Origin: an uncultured Actinomycetes bacterium | GTDB taxonomy: Bacteria > Actinomycetota > CADDZG01 > WHSQ01 | Assembly (NCBI GenBank): GCA_963779645.1 | Contig: CAVZYX010000015.1 | Location: 620,672 to 684,671 of the forward strand | Reading direction: 5' to 3' | DNA length: 64,000 bases | Part shown: positions 13,609-25,807 of the stretch, in pieces | How the letters are laid out: each line of letters starts with the position of its first letter | Numbering within the stretch: the stretch's first letter is position 1 | Position numbers and translations under genes: made by a program | Notes under the pieces: generated by a model | What the model was told of the DNA's origin: nothing | The model's input: the letters and a program-made list of their open reading frames with translations, nothing else | Databases searched by the model: none

Positions 13609-15213
13609 CTATCCGTGCGGGTAGAGGACCAACCCCGGGCGCTCGAAGTTATTGTTCGAGACGAGCACCAGCCGGCGCCTCGTTGCCCCGGGCGGCCGCT
13701 TCAGCTCGTCCATCATGAGCTGGCACTTCACGCCGAAGGTCCGATAGCTCGGCGCCCACACCACCCACACGTCGTGGTCCGGACCGGCGCGGTCGGGCAG
13801 CATCGTGGCGAAGTCGGCGGGCTTGGCCGCCTTCACCGCCGCCTCGTAGCCGACCCAGTCGACGAACTGGGGAGGCTCACCGCGGGGGTAGGTGAGCTGC
13901 ACGAGACCGTTCTCGGGCACGAGCCGGCTCACCCCTGGGCCGAGCTGATCGGGGCAATAGGCGACGACGTCGCCGGGCCGGGCCTGGTCGCGCAGGACCT
14001 CGGCCACCCGCCCGCCGACGTGCGGTCGCCGATGGCGAACGGGATCGACGTCGTGAACCCCAGCACCACCGCCAGCCCCAGGGCCCAGGTACCGGCACGG
14101 CTGGGTGCCAGGACGGCGTAGCCCAGGCCGGCGATGAGCACGACGAGGGGGAACACGACGGCGGCGTAGCGCACGGCGAAGGCGGCACCGCTGAGGCGGC
14201 CGACGGCCACGCCGATCGAGAGGGTGACCACGGCCAGGACCGCCAGCGCCCGCCCGGGAGGGCGGCCTCGCAGGTCGAGCCCCACCACGCCGCCCACGGC
14301 CGGCAGGCCGAAGATGCCGAGGACGACCAGGGCGTAGACCAGCAGGCCCAGCGGCAGGGACAGGTCGGGCAGGCCGGCGGCGAACTGGAACACGACGTCG
14401 AAGGGCGACGCGCAGGCGGCGGCAGGCGACCCCACGGGGTGCCGGTGTTGGCCGCCTGGTAGAGGAAGTCCGGGCATCCACGGGACGAACAGCAGCGATC
14501 CCGCGCCGATGGCCACCACCGCCTGGACGGCGCCCGCACGCCCGGCCCCGTCGCCCCGGCGCCGCGCCCTCAGGGCGGTCACCAGCAGGGAGGACACGAC
14601 GGTCAGCACCAGGAAGAAGGACCAGTAGTGGGTCAGCAGCAGCACGCCGGTGACGCCCGCCGAGGGCGATCGAAGCCGGCAGCGACCGACTCTGGAGGAC
14701 CGCGTCGAGCGCCAGGAAGCCCCCCAGCACCAGGACGATGACCAGCGAGTACATCCGGGTCTCGGTGGCGTAGCGGATGGCGAAGGGCGACGAGGCGAGG
14801 AGCAGGAGGGCGCCCCAGGCCGCCGCCCGGCCACCCAGGCGCCGGCCCAGCCAGCCAGGCGAGGGGCAGGGCGGCGACCGCCAGCACGCCCGAGAAGGCC
14901 CGCACGGCGACGTCGCCGTGGCCGAAGACCGTCATCCAGGCATGCAGGGCGAGGTAGTAGAAGGGAGGGGAGCCGTCGTGGCGGAGGGCCCCGGAGATGT
15001 CCCCCAGCGGCAGCCGGGCGATGTTGACGGTGAGGGCCTCGTCCAGCCACATGTGGGCGACGGTGGCGAACCGGGCCACCACCGCCACCACCAGGGCGGC
15101 ACCTACCGCCAGCACCATCACCCGGCCCGGAGGGCGAGCGGGCGCGATCGCAGGATCCGCAGCGGTGGCGGGCTCGGACGGCGCCGGCAGGCGCAGGTCG
15201 TCGACGGTCAACG
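13609..15213 (-). CDS. GT39/PMT_2-like (ArnT-like) membrane glycosyltransferase; several frame breaks
   Basis: ORF 14633-15364 holds HMWLDEALTVNIARLPL..DGSPPFYYLALHAWMTVFG (first-loop DE motif of GT-C enzymes). The protein continues in 13929-15050 (SSPFAIRYATETRMYSLVIVLVLGG) and 13609-14754 (soluble C-terminal domain). The proposed TTG start at ~15213, just after the upstream gene stop, is uncertain. Confidence 0.7.
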
Positions 15214-15236
15214 AGGTCGGAACCCGGCGGGCGGGC

Positions 15237-17747
15237 TCAGCCGCCGCGGTCCGGGACGGGCAACGACTCCTGAGCCACCCAGTGGGGGATCGGATCGACT
15301 GGCGCACCGTCGTCGGGTGCACCGTCGTCGGGTGCACCGTCGTCGGGCGCCCCGTCGTGCACACCGTCGTCGGCGAACTCGTCGTCCGCCGGTGCCGATC
15401 CGTCCACGGCCTGCTCCTCCATCGGCGGGTCGAGCACCACGCGGCCCCGACGGGCCCACGCCACGGCCAGGGCCAGGCCCGACAGCGTCAGCAGCCACCC
15501 GACGACGTCGGGCGTGGTCCAGCCGTACTTCAGGGTGACGTGGGTGGAGGTCGGGATCACCACCATGAGGTTCGGCGTCACCCGCCACGGCCCCTTGGCC
15601 CCCCACGCCTTCCAGTTGGGGAAGTACGAGGCCTTCACCACCACCGGTGAGCCGACCTTGTCCACGTCGAAGGTGATCCGGTTGTCGGACGTCTTGATGT
15701 TGCTGACCTTGGCCGGCTCGACCGGTATGCGCTCGGGCTGGTCCACCGTCACGTCCTTGCCGAACACCTTCGAGTCGGTGGCGACGTGGTGGACCCCAAC
15801 CCGCTGCCACTCCTTCGGCCCCGACTGGGCCAGGGCGACGTCGTGGCTGGCCTCGTCCATGTACCACTGGGCGGAGACGTCGAGCCAGCCCCGCTCACCC
15901 TTGCCGCCGCCGGTGAGGACCGCGGGCTGGAACGCCAGCGGGGAGACGATCTCGGAGTCCTTGACCTGGTAGACGTGCCACTGGCCCGACACCGCCACGG
16001 GGTCGAGGTTGGGGCTCTGCTCGGCCTGGGCCGTCGCCTCCGGGGAGAAGACCAGGTAGTAGCGGGTGCCCATCATCTGCAGGTGGCGGACGCCGGCCTC
16101 CACGTCGAGGCTGGTGTAGGGAAGGTCGCGCTGGGGATTGGACGGCGCCTTCGACAGCTCGGCGGCGGTGAGGAAGTGGTACGGCACCGACGCCGAGGAC
16201 TCGAAGTACAGGCCCTCCATCGACCCGATGCAGCCGTCGGTCCAGAACGGCAGGAGCATGAGGGCCATGGGCGTGCCGAAGCGGTCCTGGCCCGATTCGT
16301 ACTCCCAGTGGGTGCGGCCGCAGCCGTTGGTCAGGCCGACCTGCCTCATCATGTCGACGACGCTCTTGTACTCGGGGTAGGCCTCCTTGCGCTCGTAGCC
16401 CGAGTAGTTCCACTTGGCCCAGTCGTCGATGTAGCTGCTGTCGCTGGTGGCCGGCTTGGGCAGCCAGCTCGGCAGGACCCCGAGGGGCAGGCCCACGAAC
16501 ATCCACACCGCGAGGGCACCCACCACTGGCGTCAGGCGCGCCGCCAACGGCGACGCGTGGTCGGGGTCGTGAGCGAACACCCGGCCGAGGGCGGGGCCGA
16601 TCTCGGCCAGGGCCACGCCGGCCAGCAGGTACAGGCACAGGTACCAGAAGGGCAGGACCCTGGCGTTCCAGAGCCGACCGGCGGGAGCGACGACGAACAG
16701 GGCGCCGGCGATGGTGGCCATGCCGACGAGGAAGAGGCCGACCCGTCGCCGGTAGACGAGGGCGCAGACCGCGCCCGTCGCCGCCAGGATCGGCAGCCAC
16801 CACCGCATGCTGGCGGGGAACAGGTTCTTGGAGTACTCGGTGAGCTTCTCCCAGCCCATGTTGTTGGCGTAGGGCAGCCGGACGAAGAACGGGAAGGACC
16901 AGAAGCCGGCCAGCAGGCCGCCGAGGACCAGGACGCCGGCGAGGAACTTCAGCCTGGACTTTCCCGGGCGCAGCATGAGCAGGAGGACGGCGCCGACCAC
17001 CGCGAACAGGGTGGGGAGGAGATGGCACAGCCCGGTGACGGCCAGCAGGACCCCGGCCAGCGCCCGGTTCCTGCCCGTGTCGAGGCCGCGGGCGACCACG
17101 CCCAGGAACAGCAGGGCGAACGACAGGCTGATCGAGAACGAGAACTCCCCGGCCAGGGTGGACGCGATGTTGCCCCCGTAGATGGTGAACGACCGGTCGA
17201 AGAGGAACGCCACGCTGACCACCGCCAGCAGGGCCGGTCCGGGGAAGCGCATCCCGGCCAGGCGGCCGAAGGCCCAGGCGGCCAGCGGGAGGGTGACCAC
17301 GCCGAGGACGGTGATCAGCTTGAGGGCGACGCCGTAGGGCAGCACCAGGTCGAGGAACACGACCATCAGGGCGGGGAGCGGGAAGTAGAAGTGGTAGGCG
17401 GGGAAGCCGTCGTACCAGTCGGGGGCCCACCCGGTGATGCGCCCGTTGGTGAGCAGGTGGTGGCGCATGTAGTTCGGGCCCCACACGTGGGCGCCGGTGT
17501 CACCGCCGGCCGGCGTGGTGTTGGCGAGCAGCAGCGACGGCTGGAGCTGGAGGAGCACGAACAGCATCGCCGCCCCGACGACGCCGAGGGTGATGATCGT
17601 CTCGGGGGAGAGCCTCGACAGCCAGGCCTTGAGGTCCTCGACCACCGGCGGCACGGGCCGCGTGGCGTGAACCGGTGCCTGGCGCACGTCCGACATCTGG
17701 ATATCTTGGCATCCCGTCGCGCGCCGGTCGTGTCGCCGGGCGGGCAT
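15237..17747 (-). CDS. large polytopic membrane protein, probably a GT-C-like glycosyltransferase (function uncertain)
   Basis: Intact 836-aa ORF; likely start is MSDVRQ at 17696. About 12 or more hydrophobic segments, an early loop motif PAGGDTGAHVWGP, a large soluble C-terminal domain, and a DDGAP x4 tail. Genomic context is glycosylation genes. Confidence 0.75.
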   Translation of the reverse strand: MPARRHDRRATGCQDIQMSDVRQAPVHATRPVPPVVEDLKAWLSRLSPETIITLGVVGAAMLFVLLQLQPSLLLANTTPAGGDTGAHVWGPNYMRHHLLTNGRITGWAPDWYDGFPAYHFYFPLPALMVVFLDLVLPYGVALKLITVLGVVTLPLAAWAFGRLAGMRFPGPALLAVVSVAFLFDRSFTIYGGNIASTLAGEFSFSISLSFALLFLGVVARGLDTGRNRALAGVLLAVTGLCHLLPTLFAVVGAVLLLMLRPGKSRLKFLAGVLVLGGLLAGFWSFPFFVRLPYANNMGWEKLTEYSKNLFPASMRWWLPILAATGAVCALVYRRRVGLFLVGMATIAGALFVVAPAGRLWNARVLPFWYLCLYLLAGVALAEIGPALGRVFAHDPDHASPLAARLTPVVGALAVWMFVGLPLGVLPSWLPKPATSDSSYIDDWAKWNYSGYERKEAYPEYKSVVDMMRQVGLTNGCGRTHWEYESGQDRFGTPMALMLLPFWTDGCIGSMEGLYFESSASVPYHFLTAAELSKAPSNPQRDLPYTSLDVEAGVRHLQMMGTRYYLVFSPEATAQAEQSPNLDPVAVSGQWHVYQVKDSEIVSPLAFQPAVLTGGGKGERGWLDVSAQWYMDEASHDVALAQSGPKEWQRVGVHHVATDSKVFGKDVTVDQPERIPVEPAKVSNIKTSDNRITFDVDKVGSPVVVKASYFPNWKAWGAKGPWRVTPNLMVVIPTSTHVTLKYGWTTPDVVGWLLTLSGLALAVAWARRGRVVLDPPMEEQAVDGSAPADDEFADDGVHDGAPDDGAPDDGAPDDGAPVDPIPHWVAQESLPVPDRGG
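15301..15372. repeat. 15-bp tandem repeat (~4.7 copies), in frame, encoding (DDGAP)n at the C-terminus of the 836-aa membrane protein
   Basis: gcaccgtcgtcgggt units are directly visible. The protein reads DGAPDDGAPDDGAPDDGAPVD. Confidence 0.85.
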
Positions 17748-17849
17748 CGGCCTGGCTCCGGCGACGATTTCCCCGGGCCCTCACCGGGCGCTCACACTCC
17801 GCTCACAACCGCGCGTCACCTTCTGTCACACCCGTCAGAGGAGAAATCG

Positions 17850-18764
17850 ATGCGCCGGTCCCGATCGAAATGCAGGTCCGCACGTCTCGCCGCCGTCGTC
17901 GTCCCGCTCGTGCTGGCCGTAGCGGGGCTCGGTGCCCTGCTCGTGGCGACACCGGCAGCCGCCGCTCCGAAGGGCATGGCCACCACGAAGGGCATGTCCG
18001 CGCCGAAGCGCACGGAAAGGCCGGCCCGCAGCGGCAACTTCGTCAGCGCCTGCAGGTACAGCCACAGCGCCCCGGACGACCCCATCGTCCACCCGGACCA
18101 GCCGGGCGCCTCGCACGCCCACGACTTCTTCGGCAACGAGACCACCGGCGCCGCGTCGACCCTCAAGTCGCTGCGGGCCGGGTCGACGCTGTGCAACCGG
18201 CCGGGCGACAAGGCGGCCTACTGGGTCCCCACGCTGTCGGACAGCTCTGTGGCAGACGGTGGCGCGGTAATCCGGCCCACCCGCGTCCTCGCCTACTACC
18301 TGGTCGCGGGCCGGGACGCGTCCTCGATCCAGCCCTTCCCCCTCGGGCTGAGGGTGGTGACCGACCGTGACGCCGGCGTGGTGCGGTGGGGATGCATCGG
18401 CGGGGGTCAGGACACACCGGAGCAGTCGGAACCCCCCGATTGCCCGGCTCCGACGCATCTCGTGCAGCGGATCCACTTCCCGGACTGCTGGGACGGGCAC
18501 AACCTCGACAGCCCCGACCACCGCAGCCACATGGCCTACGCGAGCGGCGGGACCTGCCCCGCCACCCATCCGGTCGCCGTGCCCCACCTGCGGCTCGGGG
18601 TCCACTACCCGGAGGGCGTGGGCGGCGCCGACGTGACCCTCTCGTCAGGTGGCCCGGAGACCTCGCACGCCGACTTCTTCAACGCGTGGGACCCGGCGGT
18701 GCAGGCGCGGCTGGTGACGAAGTGCCTCCACGCCGCCCGCAAGTGCGGGGCGGCGGGCCCGTAA
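17850..18764 (+). CDS. secreted DUF1996 domain protein
   Basis: ATG at 17850, preceded by gaggag. Signal peptide RLAAVVVPLVLAVAGLGALLVATPAAA. Family motifs: HPDQPGASHAHDFFGN, AAYWVPTL, IHFPDCWDG. The listed 992-aa ORF 15786-18764 is an antisense read-through extension. Confidence 0.8.
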   Translation: MRRSRSKCRSARLAAVVVPLVLAVAGLGALLVATPAAAAPKGMATTKGMSAPKRTERPARSGNFVSACRYSHSAPDDPIVHPDQPGASHAHDFFGNETTGAASTLKSLRAGSTLCNRPGDKAAYWVPTLSDSSVADGGAVIRPTRVLAYYLVAGRDASSIQPFPLGLRVVTDRDAGVVRWGCIGGGQDTPEQSEPPDCPAPTHLVQRIHFPDCWDGHNLDSPDHRSHMAYASGGTCPATHPVAVPHLRLGVHYPEGVGGADVTLSSGGPETSHADFFNAWDPAVQARLVTKCLHAARKCGAAGP

Positions 18765-18769
18765 CGCTT

Positions 18770-18937
18770 CTAGCGGGCTGCGACCAGGTCGAGGACGGAG
18801 CGCAGGGCCACCTTCTGGCCTTCGCGGTCCCACCAGCGGCGCTCGCAGGACGGGCACGAGTGCATCATCACGCGGTCGCCGTTGAGGCGCATGGCGATCT
18901 CGACGAGGCTGTGCGAACGACAGTACGGACACGTCAT
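18770..18937 (-). CDS. small zinc-ribbon protein (55 aa)
   Basis: MTCPYCRSHSLVEIAMRLNGDRVMMHSCPSCERRWW has two CxxC pairs. It is the inner ATG of ORF 18770-19075. Confidence 0.5.
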   Translation of the reverse strand: MTCPYCRSHSLVEIAMRLNGDRVMMHSCPSCERRWWDREGQKVALRSVLDLVAAR

Positions 18938-19033
18938 TGCTGGACTCCCTCTTGTTGTTGCCCTCCCAAGGCTCCCTTGGTATCGGCAGTCCGGGCGCGA
19001 ACCTGAAGCGAATCGGGACGGAACTGTGCGACG

Positions 19034-20041
19034 ATGTCGCCCACTCGGGAGTCGAGCCGGATGGTGAGCGGACACAGCAGAGCGGCGGTCCGACGGTCTG
19101 TCTTCGGCGCGCTACTCGTCTTCCTCCTGGCCGGCTGCGCCGCAGGTGAGGAGCGGGGAAGCACCCGGGGGCCGATCAGCACCCTGCCGTTGCCGCCGCT
19201 GTTCGACGCCCTCCCCGAGGTCACCAGCACCACCGAGCCCGAGGTCGCCGCGCCCACGACCGAGCAGGCGGCGCTCAAGGAGGAGAACAAGGGTTCCGAC
19301 GACGTCCGCGAGCTGCAGCGCCGGCTGATCGAGCTGGGCTACGACGTCGGCGCCGCCGACGGCGGCCTGGGCGGGCGCACCGGCTACTCGATCATGGCCT
19401 TCCAGAAGGTGGAGGGACTGAATCGCACCGGCGCCGACAACGCCGAGGTCAGGGAGGCGCTGGCCAAGGCCAGCAAGCCCGGGCCGATGGTGGCGGGGGG
19501 CGCCTCCACCAGGGTGGAGATCGACCTCAACCGCCAGGTCCTGTTCCTCTGGAAGGGCGGCTCGCTGGCCCGGATCCTGCCCGATCTCCAGCGGGAACGG
19601 GAAGAGCTACTGCGTGAAGGGCGACTGCGACGTGGCCGTGACCCCGCCCGGGTCCTTCCGCATCGGCCGCAAGGCCGTCGGGCTGGAAGTCGCCCCCCTC
19701 GGCGAGCTGTGGTGGCCCATGTACTTCAACGGCGGCATCGCCATCCACGGGTCGCCGTCGGTACCCGCCTACCCGGCGTCCCACGGGTGCATCAGGGTGC
19801 CGATGTACGCCGCCCCCACGCTCTACGACCAGATCGACGGGGGACTCCGGTGATACTCGTCGGCGAGGGCCCTGGGCCGAAGGGCGCCAGGGTGGTCCCG
19901 CCCCCGGAGCCGCCGCCGGCACCCGCGTCGACGACGACCAAGGCCCCGACCACCTCGCCCCCGACGACGGAGACGCCCACGACCGAGGCTCCCACCACGA
20001 CCGAGCCCGAGAACCCGCCCAGCGAGGAGCAGGTCACCTAA
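19034..20041 (+). CDS. L,D-transpeptidase lipoprotein with a peptidoglycan-binding domain; 2 frame breaks
   Basis: Lipobox LLAGC. PG_binding_1 motif: VRELQRRLIELGYDVGAADGGLGGRTGYSIMAFQK. YkuD catalytic motif HGSPSVPAYPASHGCIRV lies in ORF 19614-19853. A Thr/Pro-rich tail returns to the first frame. Breaks fall near ~19590 and ~19850. Confidence 0.8.
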   Translation: MSPTRESSRMVSGHSRAAVRRSVFGALLVFLLAGCAAGEERGSTRGPISTLPLPPLFDALPEVTSTTEPEVAAPTTEQAALKEENKGSDDVRELQRRLIELGYDVGAADGGLGGRTGYSIMAFQKVEGLNRTGADNAEVREALAKASKPGPMVAGGASTRVEIDLNRQVLFLWKGGSLARILPDLQREREELLREGRLRRGRDPARVLPHRPQGRRAGSRPPRRAVVAHVLQRRHRHPRVAVGTRLPGVPRVHQGADVRRPHALRPDRRGTPVILVGEGPGPKGARVVPPPEPPPAPASTTTKAPTTSPPTTETPTTEAPTTTEPENPPSEEQVT

Positions 20042-20102
20042 GGTCCGAGCAGTCCCGGCGGATTCAGCGGGTGCCCGGCGGGGTCAGCGGGTGCCCGGCG
20101 GG

Positions 20103-20838
20103 TCAGCGGGTGTAGGCCAGCAGCAGGCTGATGGCGTTGAACCCGGCGTGGGTGACGATCGACGCACCCAGGCGGCCGGTGCGGACGGCCAGCAGGGACA
20201 GCAGCACGGCGAGGGCGGTCAGGCCGGCCATCACGATCACCACCGCCCGCCTGGCAGCGGCTGGGGGTGGGCCAGGCCGAAGAGCACCGACGAGAGGGCG
20301 ACGGCCCGGCCCGTGCCCACGCGCCGCTGCAACGAGCGCAGGAGGAGGCCGCGGAAGAACAGCTCCTCCACGAGGGGCGCGAACACCACTGCCACCAGGA
20401 CCAACACCAGCGCCCGGCCCCGCCGGCGTCGTTCACGAGGTCCTCGACAGGCCCGGAGACGTCGGGATGGCCGAACAGCGGGCGCAGGGCCAGGGCCACG
20501 ACGGGCACGAGCAGCAGCTGGGCGAACAGGGCGCCGCCGATGCCGACGCCCACGTCGGACCACCTGGCGGTGAAGCCGAAGTCGGCGGCCAGGGTGCCGT
20601 AGCCCTTGCGCCGGCTGGCCAGCACGGCGATGCCGACGAGACCGGTCCACAGCCCGACCTGGCCGGCGGTGCGGGCCCCGAGGCTGTCCTCGCTGCCGCC
20701 GAAGATGGCCAGCCAGATGCTCCCGACGGCTGTGGCCAGCAGGATCCCGAGGGCGAAACCGAGGGCGGCGTCGCCCAGCCCCCACCGAGGCTGCACGGGG
20801 ATCCCTACCGGTGGGCCGTTCAGGTCCTGGGAATCCAC
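20103..20838 (-). CDS. CPBP family intramembrane glutamic endopeptidase (CAAX protease-like); 2 frame breaks
   Basis: Motifs APLVEELFFRG and SVLFGLAH (ORF 20237-20785), and THAGFN in the manually translated tail ending TGA at 20103-20105. The N-terminal TM part lies in ORF 20038-21429. Confidence 0.7.
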
Positions 20839-20915
20839 GGACGAAGGATAAGGCTCGATGGAGCCACGGCCGGCTTCAGGGGTGCGACGGGACCGGCTCC
20901 GGCGGCGGTGCAGCC

Positions 20916-21212
20916 CTACGAAGCCTCGGCCCGGAGCGAGTCGTCGGACGACTCCTCCCGCTCGCTCGAACGCCTCGCCGCCGCCATGCGCCGGTCCTGG
21001 CCGGTCCAGCCCATCGGCGGTGCCGTGCGGTCGGCGTGGGCGGCGCACAGGTCGATCGAGAAGGGCTCGTTGACCCCGAGATCGTCGAGGAAAACCGTGC
21101 GGTTTCCGTACTGGAAGGTGAGGGCGGCGGCGGCGGGAGAGGCACAGCCGGGCCGGGCACACAGTCGTGAACGCTGCATCCGGTTGACGGTACCCGTCCG
21201 GCCTCTGAACAC
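20916..21212 (-). CDS. DUF3499 domain protein (actinobacterial)
   Basis: [49 protein letters not shown] matches the DUF3499 pattern. The likely start is MQRSRL at 21179. Confidence 0.7.
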   Translation of the reverse strand: MFRGRTGTVNRMQRSRLCARPGCASPAAAALTFQYGNRTVFLDDLGVNEPFSIDLCAAHADRTAPPMGWTGQDRRMAAARRSSEREESSDDSLRAEAS

Positions 21213-21261
21213 CGAGGATGGTGGAGGAAGTTCGGAAGCCCCGGGCGCCTACCATTGAGGC

Positions 21262-23289
<2,028 letters not shown>

Positions 23290-23408
23290 CATCGGTCGAA
23301 GGCGCGTGCCACTCGGCACGCCCCGCGCCACCACCCGAACTCTTCGCGACAACCACCCCGAACACTGCTGAAAGACCCCCCTGCCTTGAGCCTGACGATT
23401 GAGCTGCC

Positions 23409-24726
23409 TTGAGCCGCTTCACGACTGACGCCGCCGTCGCCCTGGAAGGCCCCGCCTGGCTGCGGGCCCGCCGGGCGGCCGCCGCGGAACGCTTCGCCGC
23501 CACCAACCTGCCTACCGAGGCCGAGGAGATCTGGCGCTACAGCCGGGTGTCGAGGATCGACCTCGACGCCTACTCGCCCGTGAACGGCCCCGCCACGAAG
23601 GGATCCGCCACGAACGGCTCTGGGAACGGCGTCGGCCCGTCGAGCCTTCCGGGCGCCCTCCGGCAGGTGCTCGACGTGGCCGGGCCGCGGGCCGCCCTGC
23701 TCGTCGTCCACAACGGCAAGATCGTGCACCGCGAGCTCGACCCCGCCCTCGCCGCCCGCGGCGTCGTCGTCGGCGACGCCCTCGAGCTGCCCGACGCCGA
23801 GGGCATCCTCGACGCCACCGACACCGGCGTCGACGCCTTCACCGAGCTGAACACCGCCTTCCTCCGGGGCACCGCCGTCGTGTCGGTGCCCCCGGGCGTG
23901 ACCGTGGAGCACCCCGTCCTGGTCCTGCACTGGTTCGACGGCGAGGGCACCGCCGCCTTCCCCCGCACGGTGCTGCGCGCCGGCGCCGACAGCCAGGTGA
24001 CGATCGTCGAGCACCAGGCGTCGGCCGACGTGACCGCCCTCGTCGACCCGATCGTCCAGATCGTCGTGGCCGACGCCGCCCGGCTGCGCTACGTCAACGT
24101 GCAGAACCTCGGTCCACCGCGTGTCCCAGGTCGGCTACCAGAACAGCCGGGTCGGCCGCGACGCCAGCCTCGCCTCGTCGGTCGTCGCCCTGGGCGGCGA
24201 CTACGCCAGGGTCCGCACCGACTCGCTCATCGACGGCAAGGGCGGGTCGGCCCAGCTCAACGCCGTCTACTTCGCCGACGGCGACCGCATGCACGACTTC
24301 CGCACCCTCCAGGACCACGCCGCGCCGTCCTCCACCAGCGACCTTCTCTTCAAGGGAGCGGTGCAGGACCACGGCCGGTCGGTGTACTCGGGCATGATCC
24401 GGGTGCGCAAGGAGGCGCGGGGCACGAACGCCTTCCAGACCAACCGCAACCTGGTGCTGTCCGAGGGGGCGTCGGCGGAGTCGGTGCCGAACCTGGAGAT
24501 CCTCACCGAGGACGTCAAGTGCAGCCACGCCTCGGCCGTCGGACCGGTCAACGAGGAGCAGCGCTACTACCTGGAGAGCCGGGGCATCCCGCCCGAGGCG
24601 GCCGAGCGACTCATCGTCGTCGGGTTCCTGGGCGAGGTGCTCGACCGGCTGCCCACGCCGACGCTCGTCGCCGGACTGCGGGACACGATCGCCAAGCGCC
24701 TGCTGGCCCGGAGCGATGCGATGATG
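23409..24726 (+). CDS. sufD: Fe-S cluster assembly protein SufD; 1 frame break near ~24115
   Basis: The N-terminus in ORF 23409-25667 continues in ORF 24121-25047. Motifs: NRNLVLSEGASAESVPNLEILTEDVKCSHASAVGPVNEEQRYYLESRGI. The 3' boundary is uncertain because the ORF reads straight into the Rieske domain. Confidence 0.8.
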
Positions 24727-25047
24727 CCCGCGACGATCGAACGCCTCTGCGCGGTGACCGACATGGCGCCCGGCACCGCCCGGCGCTTCGACGTCGGCCG
24801 CCACCGCATCGCCCTGGTGCGCATCGGCGACGACTTCTACGCAGTCGGCGACACGTGCAGCCACGCCGACTTCTCCCTGTCCGAAGGCGAGGTCTGGCCG
24901 GAGGAGCGGGAGATCGAGTGCTGGAAGCACGGCAGCACGTTCTCGCTGATCGACGGCTGCCCGCAGTCGCTGCCGGCCACCACGGCCATCCCCGTCTACA
25001 AGGTGCACGTCGAGGGCGACCACGTCGTCGTGGAGGTCCCGAAATGA
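24721..25047 (+). CDS. Rieske [2Fe-2S] ferredoxin-like protein (SUF-associated)
   Basis: MMPATIERLCAV..DTCSHADFSLSEG..CWKHGSTF carries the CxH...CxxH Rieske ligands. Its stop TGA overlaps the sufC ATG (ATGA at 25044-25047). Confidence 0.75.
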   Translation: MMPATIERLCAVTDMAPGTARRFDVGRHRIALVRIGDDFYAVGDTCSHADFSLSEGEVWPEEREIECWKHGSTFSLIDGCPQSLPATTAIPVYKVHVEGDHVVVEVPK

Positions 25048-25807
25048 GCGTGCTTCAGGTGACCGGCCTTCGGGCCGGAGTCGGCGGTCAGGACATCCTG
25101 CGGGGCGTCGACCTGTCGGTGTCCAGCGGCGAGGTCCACGCCGTCATGGGGCCGAACGGGTCGGGCAAGTCGACGTTGGCCCACGTGATCATGGGCGGGC
25201 CCGGCTACCACGTCACCGGGGGTTCGGTCACCCTCGACGGCGTCGAGCTGCTCGGGATGCCGACGTGGGAGCGGGCCCAGGCCGGCCTGTTCCTGGCCAT
25301 GCAGTACCCCACCGAGGTGCCGGGCGTGTCGCTGGACGACGCCCTGGCCGCCGCCCTGGAGGCCCAGCGGCGAGGACCTGGCCGGCCTGCGGGAGCGGGT
25401 GGCCGCCGAGGCGGTCCGGATCGGCCTGCCGCCGGCCCTGCTCACCCGCGCCCTCAACGTCGACCTGTCGGGCGGCGAGAAGAAGCGCAACGAGACCCTG
25501 CAGCTGGGCGTGCTCGCCCCCAAGATCGCCGTGCTCGACGAGATCGACTCGGGCCTCGACGTCGACGCCCTACGCGACGTCAGCCGCCGGGTCGGAGGCC
25601 ATCACCCACGAGATGGGGGTCGGCGTCCTCGTCATCACCCACTACAGCCGCCTGCTCCGGGAGCTGAGGTCCGACAAGGTGTCGGTGCTGCGTGGTGGGC
25701 GCATCGTCGCCACCGGCGGGCCCGAGCTGGCCGACGAGCTGGAGAAGACCGGGTACGCCGGCTACGAGCAGGACGAGCGCGAGGTCAAGGAACCGTCGTC
25801 GTCGTAG
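25044..25807 (+). CDS. sufC: Fe-S cluster assembly ATPase SufC (paralogue 1); 2 frame breaks
   Basis: Walker [10 protein letters not shown] (frame of ORF 23409-25667). Signature [10 protein letters not shown] and Walker B LDEIDSGLD (ORF 25399-25941). C-terminus VLVITHYSRLL..GGPELADELEKTGY (ORF 25265-25807). Confidence 0.85.

Noticed and set aside
15786-18764. 992-aa plus-strand ORF covering the whole region antisense to the 836-aa membrane protein.
   Set aside because: The composition is Arg/Gly/Pro/His-rich and not protein-like, as expected for stop-free antisense frames in >70% GC DNA. Only its last 304 codons (from ATG 17850, with an RBS and a signal peptide) form a real gene, the DUF1996 protein.
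20057-20112. About 2.5 copies of a ~20-bp unit (tcagcgggtgcccggcgg) at the 3' end of the CPBP protease gene.
   Set aside because: This is a short local duplication of the stop-codon region, lying between convergent genes. I can argue no function for it, so it is noted only as a duplication.
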